IMG/VR virus record: IMGVR_UViG_3300042006_000037
DNA: 64,000 nucleotides
Reading direction: 5' to 3' (one strand)
Source: a virus
Lineage: Duplodnaviria; Heunggongvirae; Uroviricota; Caudoviricetes
Position numbers and translations under genes: made by a program. The notes beneath the pieces are model-generated. The model had not been told where the DNA came from, searched no databases, and saw nothing but the letters and a program-made list of their open reading frames with translations. Below are positions 9,714 to 19,953 of the stretch, piece by piece. How positions within the stretch are numbered: the first letter of the stretch is position 1; every line of letters begins with the position of its first letter.

Positions 9714-10411
9714 TGGCAGCAGGTATTCAGGTTTGGAACAGCAACTCTTTTGTCCAGATTGATGAGAATTATGCAAATCATGCTCTGTACTCAAAGCAGA
9801 ACCTAACAACTTCATCGGTCGGTCCAGACAGTCATTATTTTGGGGGATATGCTGACATCGTTGTTCACCCTCAAGCGATTGTTGCTGTTTATTCACCATA
9901 TGCTGTTGCACTTGAAGCTGTATTTAACGGTGGTTCCACTAAGACATATCGATACAGGTGTTTAACCCTGCACGCCCCAATCACCGCGTATGCATATCTA
10001 CCATCTAACCTTCTGTCACCTAGTGGTAACGTTGGTTTTGAAGTATTTAAACCAGACGGCACGTTAGCTTTCTCCAGTGGGTACGATTACATGAGAGTTG
10101 TACATTATGACTTCTCTGAAGACTTTGGTGAAACACTGGGGTCTGTTGCACTCCCCGGTGGTTATAACTACGCTGTGATGGCATCCTCACCTGTTGGTGA
10201 ATACGTACAGGATTCATTCGATGATTCCGGTGATGGTTGGACGAATGAAATGACAAGCTTCCTTCATTTCATTTCATTTAGTAACAATGTTTACACCAAA
10301 ACTCGACAACAATCACGAGGGTGGACAACCTTCACGTCACAATCAGCACCTATTGGTGTGGTAGGAACATACACAAGTTCGTTGTTGTTCCTTGATGTTA
10401 CAGGTCAGTAA
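9713..10411 (+). CDS. hypothetical protein, 232 aa (paralogous N-terminus to 9423..9713)
   Basis: ATG overlaps the upstream TAA (TAATG). The ORF track frame starts at 9644. It lies between the gpM-like and gpL-like genes. Confidence 0.5.
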   Translation: MAAGIQVWNSNSFVQIDENYANHALYSKQNLTTSSVGPDSHYFGGYADIVVHPQAIVAVYSPYAVALEAVFNGGSTKTYRYRCLTLHAPITAYAYLPSNLLSPSGNVGFEVFKPDGTLAFSSGYDYMRVVHYDFSEDFGETLGSVALPGGYNYAVMASSPVGEYVQDSFDDSGDGWTNEMTSFLHFISFSNNVYTKTRQQSRGWTTFTSQSAPIGVVGTYTSSLLFLDVTGQ

Positions 10412-10434
10412 TTAAACAATATAAGGAGAAACCC

Positions 10435-11178
10435 ATGGCAACCACCAATATTCTACAAACAATTCAGAAACTTGAACCGGGTGCTAAGGTAAGACTAATC
10501 GAGGTTGACTGTACCACATTTGGTGGTTCTATCCTTCGTTTTCATAACTATAACGTTGACTACACACAAGCTGAGTTGGAAGCTCTTCAACTAAGTGGTG
10601 ATGAAATACCACCAAAGAAAATCATTTGGAAAGGTCAAGAGTATTCCGCTTGGCCATATGTTATGACCGGTATTGAATGGGATGGTACAGGTAAAAGTCC
10701 TATGCCTAGTTTGGAAGTGGCAAACATTGATGGTAGTATTAGTTCGATTTGTTTACTACTCCAGAACTTGTTCGGTGCAAAAGTCACAGAGCATATCACA
10801 TTCCGTCAGTACCTTCCTGATGGTGATGACCCAGATGAGTCAATGGAGTTCACACAGAACTGGTACATTACACGAAAGAGTGGTGAAAACCAAACATCTG
10901 TGGTATTCGAACTATCTTCTCCGGCTGACTTCACTGGTCAACAATTACCACGTCGTCAAATTTATTCGATGTGTCATTGGGCAATGAATGGGAACTACCG
11001 TGGTCCTGATTGTGGTTATACTGGGACTAACTACTTCACCGAGAAAGGTGTCCCAACTGACAACCCTGTACTTGATAAGTGTGGCGGTCTTTGTCTCGAC
11101 TGCAAACTTCGATTTGGTGAAGAGGCTCCACTTCCATTCGGTGGTTTCATTGCCAGCAGTTTGATCGCAAGAGGTTAA
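10435..11178 (+). CDS. minor tail protein, lambda gpL homolog, 247 aa
   Basis: CGYTGTNYF..KCGGLCLDCKLRFGE..FGGF matches lambda L's ECGYSGP..KCSKCLSGCKFRNN..FGGF. SD aaggag upstream. Confidence 0.8.
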   Translation: MATTNILQTIQKLEPGAKVRLIEVDCTTFGGSILRFHNYNVDYTQAELEALQLSGDEIPPKKIIWKGQEYSAWPYVMTGIEWDGTGKSPMPSLEVANIDGSISSICLLLQNLFGAKVTEHITFRQYLPDGDDPDESMEFTQNWYITRKSGENQTSVVFELSSPADFTGQQLPRRQIYSMCHWAMNGNYRGPDCGYTGTNYFTEKGVPTDNPVLDKCGGLCLDCKLRFGEEAPLPFGGFIASSLIARG

Positions 11179-11179
11179 T

Positions 11180-11992
11180 ATGATTTCTAGTATTCCAAAG
11201 AAACTAAAAGCAAAAACAATGAAAGATATCATGACCCATGCCGAAGCAGGTTATCCCAACGAGATTTGTGGTGTCATCGTTATTACTGTAAAAGGTGAGA
11301 AGTATGTGCGGTGTGTAAACATTGCTGAGTCTTCCGCTGATGAGTTCCATATGTGCCCTGATTCGTATGCTGATGCTGAAGAATTGGGTGAAGTAGTTGG
11401 TATTGTCCATAGTCATCCAGATGGTACAACTGTTCCTAGTCCACATGACATTGCTGTAATGAGTCGTAACAGAGAAGTTGAATTGATTGTTGACCCTGAT
11501 TCTCATGCCATTCCGTGGCACATTGTATCGTGGCCTGAAGGTGATTACAGACAGATTATACCAGAAGTTACAGTTAGTCTTCTGGACAGACCATTTGTAC
11601 ATGGTGTGTGGGATTGTTGGTCAACATGTGAATCTTACTATAAGAAGTATCATGGACTTGAGTTCCCAACCTATGTTCGAAAGGATCTTTGGTGGGAAGA
11701 AAAAGATACAACCTCATTCTATGAAGAGTTTTATGAAGCAGCTGGGTTCTATCAAGTAGATACACCACAACCGTCTGACCTGATCATTATGCAGATTGGT
11801 AGAAGTTACCATCCAAACCATGCGGGTGTATACCTTGGTGAATTGTCTGAATTTGAAGGGCGACCTTTGTTTGGTAATACTCTGATGCTACATCATATGT
11901 ACAATAAACTTAGCGATGTAATTGTATACGGCGGTCAATGGCAGCAGCGTACAAGGTTCATCCTTAGACACAAAGAGGTGAAACATGTCTGA
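11180..11992 (+). CDS. tail tip protein, lambda gpK homolog (MPN/JAB + NlpC/P60 domains), 270 aa
   Basis: ICGVIV..HSHP MPN motif followed by HGVWDCWS..PNHAGVYLG, which resembles NlpC/P60. Collinear with lambda K. Confidence 0.8.
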   Translation: MISSIPKKLKAKTMKDIMTHAEAGYPNEICGVIVITVKGEKYVRCVNIAESSADEFHMCPDSYADAEELGEVVGIVHSHPDGTTVPSPHDIAVMSRNREVELIVDPDSHAIPWHIVSWPEGDYRQIIPEVTVSLLDRPFVHGVWDCWSTCESYYKKYHGLEFPTYVRKDLWWEEKDTTSFYEEFYEAAGFYQVDTPQPSDLIIMQIGRSYHPNHAGVYLGELSEFEGRPLFGNTLMLHHMYNKLSDVIVYGGQWQQRTRFILRHKEVKHV

Positions 11993-12596
11993 GACTTGGA
12001 TTGAAGTTCAACCCGGTGGTTATCTGAAGAAGTTCGGTAACCACAAATTCTTCGTGAGCACACCCGCTGAAGCAATCAAGGCAATGTTAATTCAAGTCAA
12101 AGGATTTGATGAGGCATTTCGTGCTGCTGGTAAGCGTGGTGTTCAGTTTGCGGTCAGAACAGATAAACGTAATATCACAAACCCTGAAGAGCTGTGTATG
12201 GGTAAGCCAAAAGTAGTACGACTGATTCCTAAATATGCTGGTAGTAAAAACAGTGGTATGACGATGCTTGCCGTAGCGGCTATTATTGCGATCACTGTTT
12301 TTACAGCCGGTACAGGTACAGCACCCGCTATGGGGTTTCTTGCTGCTGGTACTACCGCTGGTTCGATCGCAGTTTCTATTGCTATCTCTCTTGCAATTGG
12401 TGGTATCACACAAATGCTTAGTCCTCAACCAGATGGTTTGTCTACCGTTGCTGATGTTGAGAACAAGGCGAGTTATGCATTTGGTGGTCCTGTCAACACG
12501 ACTGCCCAAGGTAATCCGGTTCCTGTTTTCTACGGATATCGGGAAGTTGGTGGTGCTGTTATTTCTGCAACTATTGTATCAGAAGATCAATTATGA
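11985..12596 (+). CDS. tail assembly protein, lambda gpI homolog, 203 aa
   Basis: Position between the K-like and J-like genes. Hydrophobic Gly/Ala/Ser-rich C-terminal half, as in gpI. Confidence 0.7.
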   Translation: MSETWIEVQPGGYLKKFGNHKFFVSTPAEAIKAMLIQVKGFDEAFRAAGKRGVQFAVRTDKRNITNPEELCMGKPKVVRLIPKYAGSKNSGMTMLAVAAIIAITVFTAGTGTAPAMGFLAAGTTAGSIAVSIAISLAIGGITQMLSPQPDGLSTVADVENKASYAFGGPVNTTAQGNPVPVFYGYREVGGAVISATIVSEDQL

Positions 12597-12610
12597 TTTA
12601 GGAGAAACGA

Positions 12611-15600
12611 ATGCTTGATTATCAAATTCAGGGTGGTAAAGGTGGCGGGGAAAAACCACACACCCCTGTAGAAACACCTAACAACCTGTTGTCGGTTGCC
12701 CATGCCAAGGTGTTGATTGCTGTAGCTGAAGGTGAACTTGCTGGTCAGCCGACTAATCAAGATATCTTTCTCGATGGCACACCACTTGCTAACGCTGATG
12801 GTAGTTTAAACTTTGGTGGTGTTAAATGGGAGTGGCGTCCGGGTACAACTGACCAGACGTACATCCAAGGTCTTCCAGAAGTATCCACAGAATTCAACGT
12901 TGGTATTGAACTGAAATATGGAACACCTTGGGTTCGTAACGTAACAAAAACCCAACTTGATGCTGTTCGTATTACATTCCAATGGCCTGCTTTGTTGATC
13001 CAAAAACAAAATGGTGACACTGTTGGTAACACGATGGATTACTCTGTTGAAATTTCAACAGATGGTGGTCCGTTCATTGAGTACCAACGGTACAACATTA
13101 ACGGTAAGACTAACACTGCTTATGAGCGTACTCACCGTATTGATCTGCCAGCGGCATCGGTAGGTTGGAACATTCGAGCAAATAAACTTACACCAGATAG
13201 TCAAGCAGGTAACGTTCAAGATACAATCAATGTTAAGAGTGTTGCTGAAGTAGTTGACGCCAAACAACGTTACCCAAACACCGCACTCCTGTACGTAGAG
13301 TTCGATAGTCGCATGTTTGGTCAGGGTGCTATCCCCAAAGTATCTGTCAGAACTAAAGGTCGAATCATCCGTGTACCAAATAACTATGATCCTGAAACAA
13401 GAACCTACAGTGGTATCTGGAGTGGTGCATTCAAATGGGCATGGTCCGATAACCCTGCTTGGGTGTTTCATGACATCATAACCAATGATCGATTCGGTCT
13501 TGGTAATAAAGTTAACCTAAACATGGTTGACAAATGGTCACTCTATGAGATTGCTCAATACTGTGACGTGCTGGTTGATAATGGTCAAGGTAATGGTCTT
13601 ACTGAACCACGCCATACTTGTAACATGTACGTCCAATCAAAGATGGATGCATGGCAGGTTCTACGAGATATGGCTTCGATCTTCAATGGTATGACTTACT
13701 GGAACGGTAACCAGTTTACAGCAATTGCTGACAAGCGTGAACCGTTTAATAACGCTCCAGTGTTCTCACGGTCCAACGTTATCAATGGTCGTTTCGATTA
13801 TCAGGCTGCTGATGACAAGAGTATCTATACAAGCGCTCTGGTGAGTTATGACGACCCTGACAACCATTATGGTACAGAGGTAGAGTCTACGTTCGAAACA
13901 AGCCAGATCCTACGCTGGGGAGGTGACAGACAGACAGAAATAAGTGCAATCGGTTGTACATCTCGTGGTGAAGCGCAACGTCGTGGTAAGTACACACTGA
14001 TCACCAACATGTTTAACCGTACTGTTTCTTTCCGTACAGGTCTTCAAGGTCTGAATGATGAAGTAATGCCGGGTAAACTGATCCATGTAGTTGACCCACT
14101 CATTGGTGGTCGTCCTTTCACTGGTCGCATCAAGATCGCAGTTGGTCGTGTGTTGACACTTGATCGCAATGTTGAAGCTAGTAGTGGTGACATCATGTAC
14201 ATCACTCGTGCAAACGGTCTTACCGAAGGTCGTACAATTGAGTCAGTAGCAGGTAACATTGTCACTCTGCAAGTTGCTTACACTGAGCTACCACAACCGA
14301 ACGCTGTCTGGTATCTTGAAGCAGCCGACCTAAAGTCACAACTGTTCCGGGTAACCAAGATAACATCACCGGATGAGAACGTATATGAGATTTCTGCTGT
14401 AGAGTATAACGACAGTAAATATGCAGCAATCGATAATGGTGCACGACTTGAACCACGTCCAATCAGTGTAGTTCCACCAAACATCCAACAACCACCAACC
14501 AATATTGTTGTCAGTGCTCAGACCTACATTGAGCAAACAATGGCAATCACCACCATGACTGCTTCGTGGGATCAGACACCTGATGCTGTTGGTTATGAAG
14601 TACAGTGGAAAGTTGGAGATGGTGATTGGGTAAACCTTGGTGTAACAGGTGCCCCTGAGGTAAGCGTAAAAGGTATTTACACAGGTCAATACGTAGTTCG
14701 AGTTCGAGCAATGAACGCATATGGTATTAAGTCCATTTGGGCGTCAAGTGCTATTACCCAACTTAACGGTAAAGCTGGTAGTCCTCCTGCTGTAACTGCG
14801 ATTAATGCAACAGGTATGATCTTTGGTATTCGTCTTGATTGGTACTTCCCACCGGGTGCAGAAGATACACTTCGTACAGAGTTTATGTACAGTGAAACTG
14901 AGAACTTCGAGAATGCAATCTACCTTGGTGATTTCGCATATCCTATCTCATCTCATGAAATGCATGGACTTAGTGCAGGTAAAAGGTTCTGGTTCTGGTG
15001 CCGCCTACATGACCGAACTGGTAACATTGGCCCATGGTTCCCTGCATCAGACATGATTGGTGTGGAAGGTCAAAGTTTAATCAACGACAATGGTCAATAC
15101 AATGACTATTTTGCTGGAATGATTTCTGAAACTGCTCTTGACAAAGTACTGTATGATCGTATAGAATTGATCGATGGCGATGGACCGGGAAGTGTAAACG
15201 AACGGTTAGAAACGGCTGTCGCTGATCTAGAAGATCAAATCCAGAACATCACCGATGCACTTGTATATGACCCAACTAAGACTTACGTCGTGGGTGATAT
15301 TGTCCGTCTAGGAAACAAGTTGTATCAGGCACAAGAAGCCGTTCCAACTGAAACTCCACCACCTAACGTGGCCTACTGGAAAGATGTTGGTATTATCATT
15401 GAAGAAGCAAACGCAACAGCATCGCAAGTTGCAATCAACACGGTTAACATTGAAGTTATCGACGGTAAGTTGACATCCACTGTTAGTCAAATTGAATCTC
15501 TACAAGCCACTTATCGTGATGATGATGGTGTGGGTGATCAGGATGACGCAATTGCAGGGTTCAACAGTCGAGCACAAATCAATGAAGAGCGAGTGGTAAG

Positions 15601-16561
15601 AGCTTCCGCTGATGAAGCGTTCGCAAGTCAGCTGATTGTGATTAAGTCTGAAATCGACGATAACACTGCTCAGATAAGTACTCTCGAAGAAACAACAGCA
15701 ACTGCTGACAGTGCATTAAGTGTCCGAATCGACTCACTGACGGCAACCGTTAACACCGGTGATGCTACACTTAATGCTGCGATCACAAGCGAGCAAACAG
15801 CACGCGTTACAGCAGATACAGCGCTTGGTACTCGGATTGACACTGTTACTGCTTCGTTAGCTACTACCACTACTACGTTGAATGCTTCGATCACGAGTGA
15901 ACAAACGGCTCGTGTTAACGCTGACAACGCGTTAGGTACTCGTGTTGATACTGTCACAGCAAACTTAAACACCAATACCTCAACGTTGAATGCCGCTATT
16001 CAATCCGAACAAACTGCACGGGTTAACGCCGATGGTGCGCTTGGTACTCGGATTGACACTGTTCAGGCGACTGCTGGTTCTAACACTGCTGCTATTCAGC
16101 AAGTTTCAACAGCACAGGCAACAACAGACGGTAAAGTTAATACTGCGTGGACACTAAAGATGGAAGCTCAGTCCAACGGTCAATACGTTGCTGCTGGTAT
16201 TGGGTTGGGTATTGAGAATGGTCCTGCTGGTCTTCAGAGTCAGTTCCTTGTTCGTGCTGATCGGTTTGCTGTTGTCAGTGGTCTTAACGGAACTACAGCT
16301 GCTCCATTCGTCGTACAAGGTGGTCAGGTGTTTATCAGTCAAGCACTTATCGGTACTGCATGGATTACCAACGCAATGATCGGTGACACGATTCAATCTA
16401 ACAACTATGTTGCCAACTGGACAGGTTGGAGATTGAACAAGGCAGGCACACTTGAATTCAACGGTAACATTGGTGGTCAAGGTCGTCTGACAATCAACAA
16501 CAACGTGATTAACGTGTTCGATGCGAATGGTGTACTTCGAGTTAGAATGGGTATGTGGTAA
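12611..16561 (+). CDS. tail tip / host-specificity protein, lambda gpJ homolog, 1316 aa
   Basis: N-terminal ~700 aa aligns by eye with lambda J (QRYPNTALLYVEFDSRMFG, RIIRVPNNYDPETRTYSGIW, ISAIGCTSRGEAQRRG). The C-terminal third is divergent and carries tandem repeats. Confidence 0.9.
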   Translation: MLDYQIQGGKGGGEKPHTPVETPNNLLSVAHAKVLIAVAEGELAGQPTNQDIFLDGTPLANADGSLNFGGVKWEWRPGTTDQTYIQGLPEVSTEFNVGIELKYGTPWVRNVTKTQLDAVRITFQWPALLIQKQNGDTVGNTMDYSVEISTDGGPFIEYQRYNINGKTNTAYERTHRIDLPAASVGWNIRANKLTPDSQAGNVQDTINVKSVAEVVDAKQRYPNTALLYVEFDSRMFGQGAIPKVSVRTKGRIIRVPNNYDPETRTYSGIWSGAFKWAWSDNPAWVFHDIITNDRFGLGNKVNLNMVDKWSLYEIAQYCDVLVDNGQGNGLTEPRHTCNMYVQSKMDAWQVLRDMASIFNGMTYWNGNQFTAIADKREPFNNAPVFSRSNVINGRFDYQAADDKSIYTSALVSYDDPDNHYGTEVESTFETSQILRWGGDRQTEISAIGCTSRGEAQRRGKYTLITNMFNRTVSFRTGLQGLNDEVMPGKLIHVVDPLIGGRPFTGRIKIAVGRVLTLDRNVEASSGDIMYITRANGLTEGRTIESVAGNIVTLQVAYTELPQPNAVWYLEAADLKSQLFRVTKITSPDENVYEISAVEYNDSKYAAIDNGARLEPRPISVVPPNIQQPPTNIVVSAQTYIEQTMAITTMTASWDQTPDAVGYEVQWKVGDGDWVNLGVTGAPEVSVKGIYTGQYVVRVRAMNAYGIKSIWASSAITQLNGKAGSPPAVTAINATGMIFGIRLDWYFPPGAEDTLRTEFMYSETENFENAIYLGDFAYPISSHEMHGLSAGKRFWFWCRLHDRTGNIGPWFPASDMIGVEGQSLINDNGQYNDYFAGMISETALDKVLYDRIELIDGDGPGSVNERLETAVADLEDQIQNITDALVYDPTKTYVVGDIVRLGNKLYQAQEAVPTETPPPNVAYWKDVGIIIEEANATASQVAINTVNIEVIDGKLTSTVSQIESLQATYRDDDGVGDQDDAIAGFNSRAQINEERVVRASADEAFASQLIVIKSEIDDNTAQISTLEETTATADSALSVRIDSLTATVNTGDATLNAAITSEQTARVTADTALGTRIDTVTASLATTTTTLNASITSEQTARVNADNALGTRVDTVTANLNTNTSTLNAAIQSEQTARVNADGALGTRIDTVQATAGSNTAAIQQVSTAQATTDGKVNTAWTLKMEAQSNGQYVAAGIGLGIENGPAGLQSQFLVRADRFAVVSGLNGTTAAPFVVQGGQVFISQALIGTAWITNAMIGDTIQSNNYVANWTGWRLNKAGTLEFNGNIGGQGRLTINNNVINVFDANGVLRVRMGMW
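15773..16095 (+). repeat. 3 x ~108-bp tandem repeats inside the gpJ-like C-terminal region
   Basis: The protein shows three ~36-aa units, (N/S)A(A/S)ItSEQTARV.AD.ALGTR(I/V)DTV. The DNA units start at ~15773, 15881 and 15988. Confidence 0.7.
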
Positions 16562-16567
16562 ACAACA

Positions 16568-16606
16568 AGCGTCACTAACTTATGGTTAGTGACGTATTTA
16601 TCTTTG
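16568..16606 (+). terminator. rho-independent terminator after the gpJ-like gene
   Basis: 10-bp perfect stem CGTCACTAAC-ttatg-GTTAGTGACG followed by tatttatcttt. Confidence 0.7.
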
Positions 16607-16651
16607 GAGAAAGAATAATTTTCAATGTTCAACTAATTACGAGGAATGAAT

Positions 16652-18871
16652 ATGGCTTGGTATAAAACAGGCAGTGTAAGTGTAACTACCGGGCAAACAT
16701 CAGTGACTGCGACTGGTACTAAGTTTGCTACAAATGCACGGGTTGGTGATGGTTTCCGTGCACCCGATGGTGAGTGGTATGAGGTTACCAACATTGCTAG
16801 TGAGACAGTTTTAGGTATTTACCCTGCATATCAAGGTGTGACAGTTAGTAACTCAACAGATTACATGATTGCACCACTTCAGGGTTACAACAAAGACAGT
16901 GCTGATCGTCTTCGTGCAATCACCGACAGTATCCGTGACTTCAGTGAGGACGTTGCTGCTGCTGCTGCATCCGCTGCTGCTGCTTTGGTTTCTGAGAATG
17001 CTGCTGAAGTTAGTGAGACAAATGCCAAAGCCAGTGAGCTTGCTGCAAAGGCTAGTGAGTTAAGTGCTGATGTTAGTGCTGACGCTGCTGATGTTAGTGA
17101 AGCAAATGCCGCCGCAAGTGCAACTGCTGCTGATGTTAGTGCCGATGCTGCTCTTGTTAGTGAAAACAACGCAAAGACTAGTGAAACTAATTCCAAAACT
17201 AGTGAAACAAACTCTAAAGCTAGTGAGGACGCTGCTGCTGCAAGTGCAACCGCTGCCAATGCATCAAAAGTTGCAGCTAAAGCTTCTGAGGACGCCGCTA
17301 AAGTATCTGAAACTAATGCACTTGCTTCTCAGAACAGTGCAGCCGCTGACGCCACCATTGCAACCACAAAAGCTAACATTGCAACAAGCGCTGCAACCTC
17401 TGCTGATGCTGATGCTGATCGTGCTGAAGTAGCTCGTGATGATGCAATCGCTGCTGCTGCTACTGTAACTGGTAACCTGATGGACATGGGACCAGTCGAT
17501 TTTTCTTCTGGTGTTTATCCAACTAAACCAGCTGTTTCATCCTTCTGGAAAGTTACAGTTGGTGGGTCAGCAACGGACGCAGGTGTAACTATTGAGTATG
17601 GTGTCGGCGACACACTGGTCTTCTCAAAACCAATGGAGAACTTCTACAAGATCGACAACACTGAATCGGTAAGCTCTGTCGCTGGTAAGACTGGAGTTGT
17701 AACATTGGTTAAAGCTGATGTTGGTCTTGATAACGTGGATAACACGTCTGACGCGAGCAAGCCTGTATCAGCAGCGACACAGACAGCATTGAACGGTAAA
17801 GAACCTACAATTACAACGCTTCCTATTAGCAAAGGGGGTACTGGTGGTGAAACTCAGGCGGCTGCACAAACAGCACTGGGGTTGGTGCCCACTGGAGCAA
17901 ACACCGACGTTACGGCAGGGCGCCTGCTAAAAGTTGGTGATTATGGTTTGGGTAGTGTAGCAATTTCAGTTACCGACGCAAACAATGCAATTTCTGTAAA
18001 TGGTGGTATTTATAAAGTACTTAGTCCATTTACAAACTGTCCAACAGCAACGGCATACATTATCCACTCTTTCACCTACGATGCGGAGGTCACCCAAATT
18101 GCATACCTTGAAGGCGGTACATCTTCAAAGTGCTACATGCGACAATATCGTGCTGGTTGGCAAGCTTGGGTGAAAACTAGCACGGCTCCAATGGTCGGTG
18201 ATAACCCAACGATGTTTGTTGGTGACATTGACGATACAGCAAGCATTCCATACGGCTATGTGATGGCTGGGGCATCGACTACTGGTACTAAACCACCATC
18301 AAAGACATATGGTATTCTTCAAACGGTTGGGAATACTCCAAGTAGTGGTTCAGCTATTCGACAAGTTTGGAACGATTTCGACGGTGCTGTGGGTACTAAA
18401 ACCACATGGATTAGGGATAAATACGGGACTGGTGTTTGGGGTAACTGGAGACTGGTTTTTGACCAGAACACAATTGTTGGTACGGTTATAAACCCTGCCA
18501 CAGTTGGTCAAAGCGCCATAATTGAGCGTGGTACAAACGGTAACGGTGAATATACAAAGTTTGTAGATGGTACACAAATCGCTTGGCGGTCCATCACAGC
18601 TGGCACTGGTAATTCATATTCACTTGCTGGTGGTATTTTATATGGTGGTGATGCGTTTGGTGGGAGTACACCGGTCACATTCACTTCAGAACCAGTAGTT
18701 ACAGTAAGTGTTTTACCCGGTTCTGGAAACCCAACTCTACTGTTTGCAAGTTGTTTTTCCAGACCATCGTCCAATAGTTTTGGTAGCTGGCGAGCCGTTA
18801 CCGAATCGGGGTCTGGTCTTAACTTTGGCACCGTTGTTGTTAAACTTACTGCAATTGGGAGATGGTACTAA
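16652..18871 (+). CDS. side tail fibre protein with long Ala/Ser/Glu-rich coiled-coil repeat region, ~739 aa
   Basis: GAGGAA is 5 nt before ATG 16652. Conserved N-terminal domain. Residues ~90-270 are a low-complexity SE(N/T)NAKASE..AADVSA repeat. Gly/Thr-rich C-terminal receptor-binding-like domain. Confidence 0.75.
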   Translation: MAWYKTGSVSVTTGQTSVTATGTKFATNARVGDGFRAPDGEWYEVTNIASETVLGIYPAYQGVTVSNSTDYMIAPLQGYNKDSADRLRAITDSIRDFSEDVAAAAASAAAALVSENAAEVSETNAKASELAAKASELSADVSADAADVSEANAAASATAADVSADAALVSENNAKTSETNSKTSETNSKASEDAAAASATAANASKVAAKASEDAAKVSETNALASQNSAAADATIATTKANIATSAATSADADADRAEVARDDAIAAAATVTGNLMDMGPVDFSSGVYPTKPAVSSFWKVTVGGSATDAGVTIEYGVGDTLVFSKPMENFYKIDNTESVSSVAGKTGVVTLVKADVGLDNVDNTSDASKPVSAATQTALNGKEPTITTLPISKGGTGGETQAAAQTALGLVPTGANTDVTAGRLLKVGDYGLGSVAISVTDANNAISVNGGIYKVLSPFTNCPTATAYIIHSFTYDAEVTQIAYLEGGTSSKCYMRQYRAGWQAWVKTSTAPMVGDNPTMFVGDIDDTASIPYGYVMAGASTTGTKPPSKTYGILQTVGNTPSSGSAIRQVWNDFDGAVGTKTTWIRDKYGTGVWGNWRLVFDQNTIVGTVINPATVGQSAIIERGTNGNGEYTKFVDGTQIAWRSITAGTGNSYSLAGGILYGGDAFGGSTPVTFTSEPVVTVSVLPGSGNPTLLFASCFSRPSSNSFGSWRAVTESGSGLNFGTVVVKLTAIGRWY

Positions 18872-19182
18872 TGATAATCAAATTATCACCGATACGTTGC
18901 GATAAAGTTCTAGAAGTCTACAAGAGTGGTGATGTATTGACCGTGAATGGGGTTGATTATGACTTCTCATTCATGGTTGATTATGACACCTTGCAAGCAG
19001 ACGCCATTCAATCCGAATGGTTTTTGGGAGAAGTCACCAAAGAAGATGGTGAACTAACACTCACTTTGATGCTTCCTATTCCGGCAAATTATAGTCAAGA
19101 GCAAGCTTTTCCAGTTGACTTGGTTAATGTACCAGATGGTCTAGTTGCCTTCCCACAACCATTGTCCAATGTGGAGAATTAA
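18871..19182 (+). CDS. hypothetical protein (possible fibre assembly/chaperone), 103 aa
   Basis: ATG overlaps the fibre-gene stop (TAATG). It sits downstream of the fibre gene, as tfa does in lambda. Confidence 0.45.
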   Translation: MIIKLSPIRCDKVLEVYKSGDVLTVNGVDYDFSFMVDYDTLQADAIQSEWFLGEVTKEDGELTLTLMLPIPANYSQEQAFPVDLVNVPDGLVAFPQPLSNVEN

Positions 19183-19184
19183 TA

Positions 19185-19580
19185 ATGAACATTGACCGTT
19201 CAAAAATCGTAAACAAAGCTCAAAAGGATGCTAAGAAACGAGAAGAAACAATAGCGACCATTGCAAGTAAACGATGGCTTGCTGAAACAGCTGGTATTAG
19301 TGTAAATGGTCTGAGTGTGTACACTGATCGTACTACTCAGATGAAGTTAACAGCCGCTACTCTTCGTGCTACCCGTGATCCTGATTACACTGTTGATTGG
19401 AAGACAACGAGTGGTACTTTCATCAACATGACAGCCGACCAGATTATTACTATTGGTGATGTCATTGGTGATTATGTCCAAGCTTGCTACACGCGGGAAG
19501 GTGAGATTATGAGTGCTCTCAATGATAACATGTTCACCGATAACATGCTTGATGAAGGTTGGCCAGCACGGGAGTATTGA
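19185..19580 (+). CDS. hypothetical protein, 131 aa
   Basis: ATG 2 nt after the previous stop. Uninterrupted ORF. Confidence 0.5.
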   Translation: MNIDRSKIVNKAQKDAKKREETIATIASKRWLAETAGISVNGLSVYTDRTTQMKLTAATLRATRDPDYTVDWKTTSGTFINMTADQIITIGDVIGDYVQACYTREGEIMSALNDNMFTDNMLDEGWPAREY

Positions 19581-19581
19581 A

Positions 19582-19941
19582 ATGAGTGAGTTTGTAACTA
19601 CTCTCAAAACTGAACAATTAGAGCGTAGGAAGTTTCGACTTCTTGCGCCACTTCATTTTAGGGACTCTGCTGGTGATGTGGTTGTACCAACTGATTTCAT
19701 AACTGACTTCGCAAGTTTGAAAGCTGTACACAACATCTTCCTTTATCCTCTGTACGCTCTTGTGAGCGGATATGGGAACTATGGTAGCACAGTCCATGAC
19801 TATCTATATCGTACTAAGATGATGAGTCGTAAACAGGCTGACAAGTACCTTTATCGAGCATTACGCACAGAGGGTGTTGCCAAGTGGCGTTCACTCGTAT
19901 TTTATGCTGGTGTTCGTCTAGGTGGTTGGAAGCATTATTAA
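19582..19941 (+). CDS. hypothetical protein, 119 aa
   Basis: ATG at M24 of listed ORF 19513..19941, 1 nt after the upstream TGA. Confidence 0.45.
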   Translation: MSEFVTTLKTEQLERRKFRLLAPLHFRDSAGDVVVPTDFITDFASLKAVHNIFLYPLYALVSGYGNYGSTVHDYLYRTKMMSRKQADKYLYRALRTEGVAKWRSLVFYAGVRLGGWKHY

Positions 19942-19953
19942 CAGGAGCACCGT

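Noticed and set aside
12757-17432. Antisense/alternate-frame ORFs inside the gpJ-like gene and the Ala/Ser-rich fibre repeat (e.g. 13055..13471, 15670..15975, 16885..17259, 17064..17432)
   Set aside because: Low-complexity translations mirroring the repeats of the real genes. No start-site signals.
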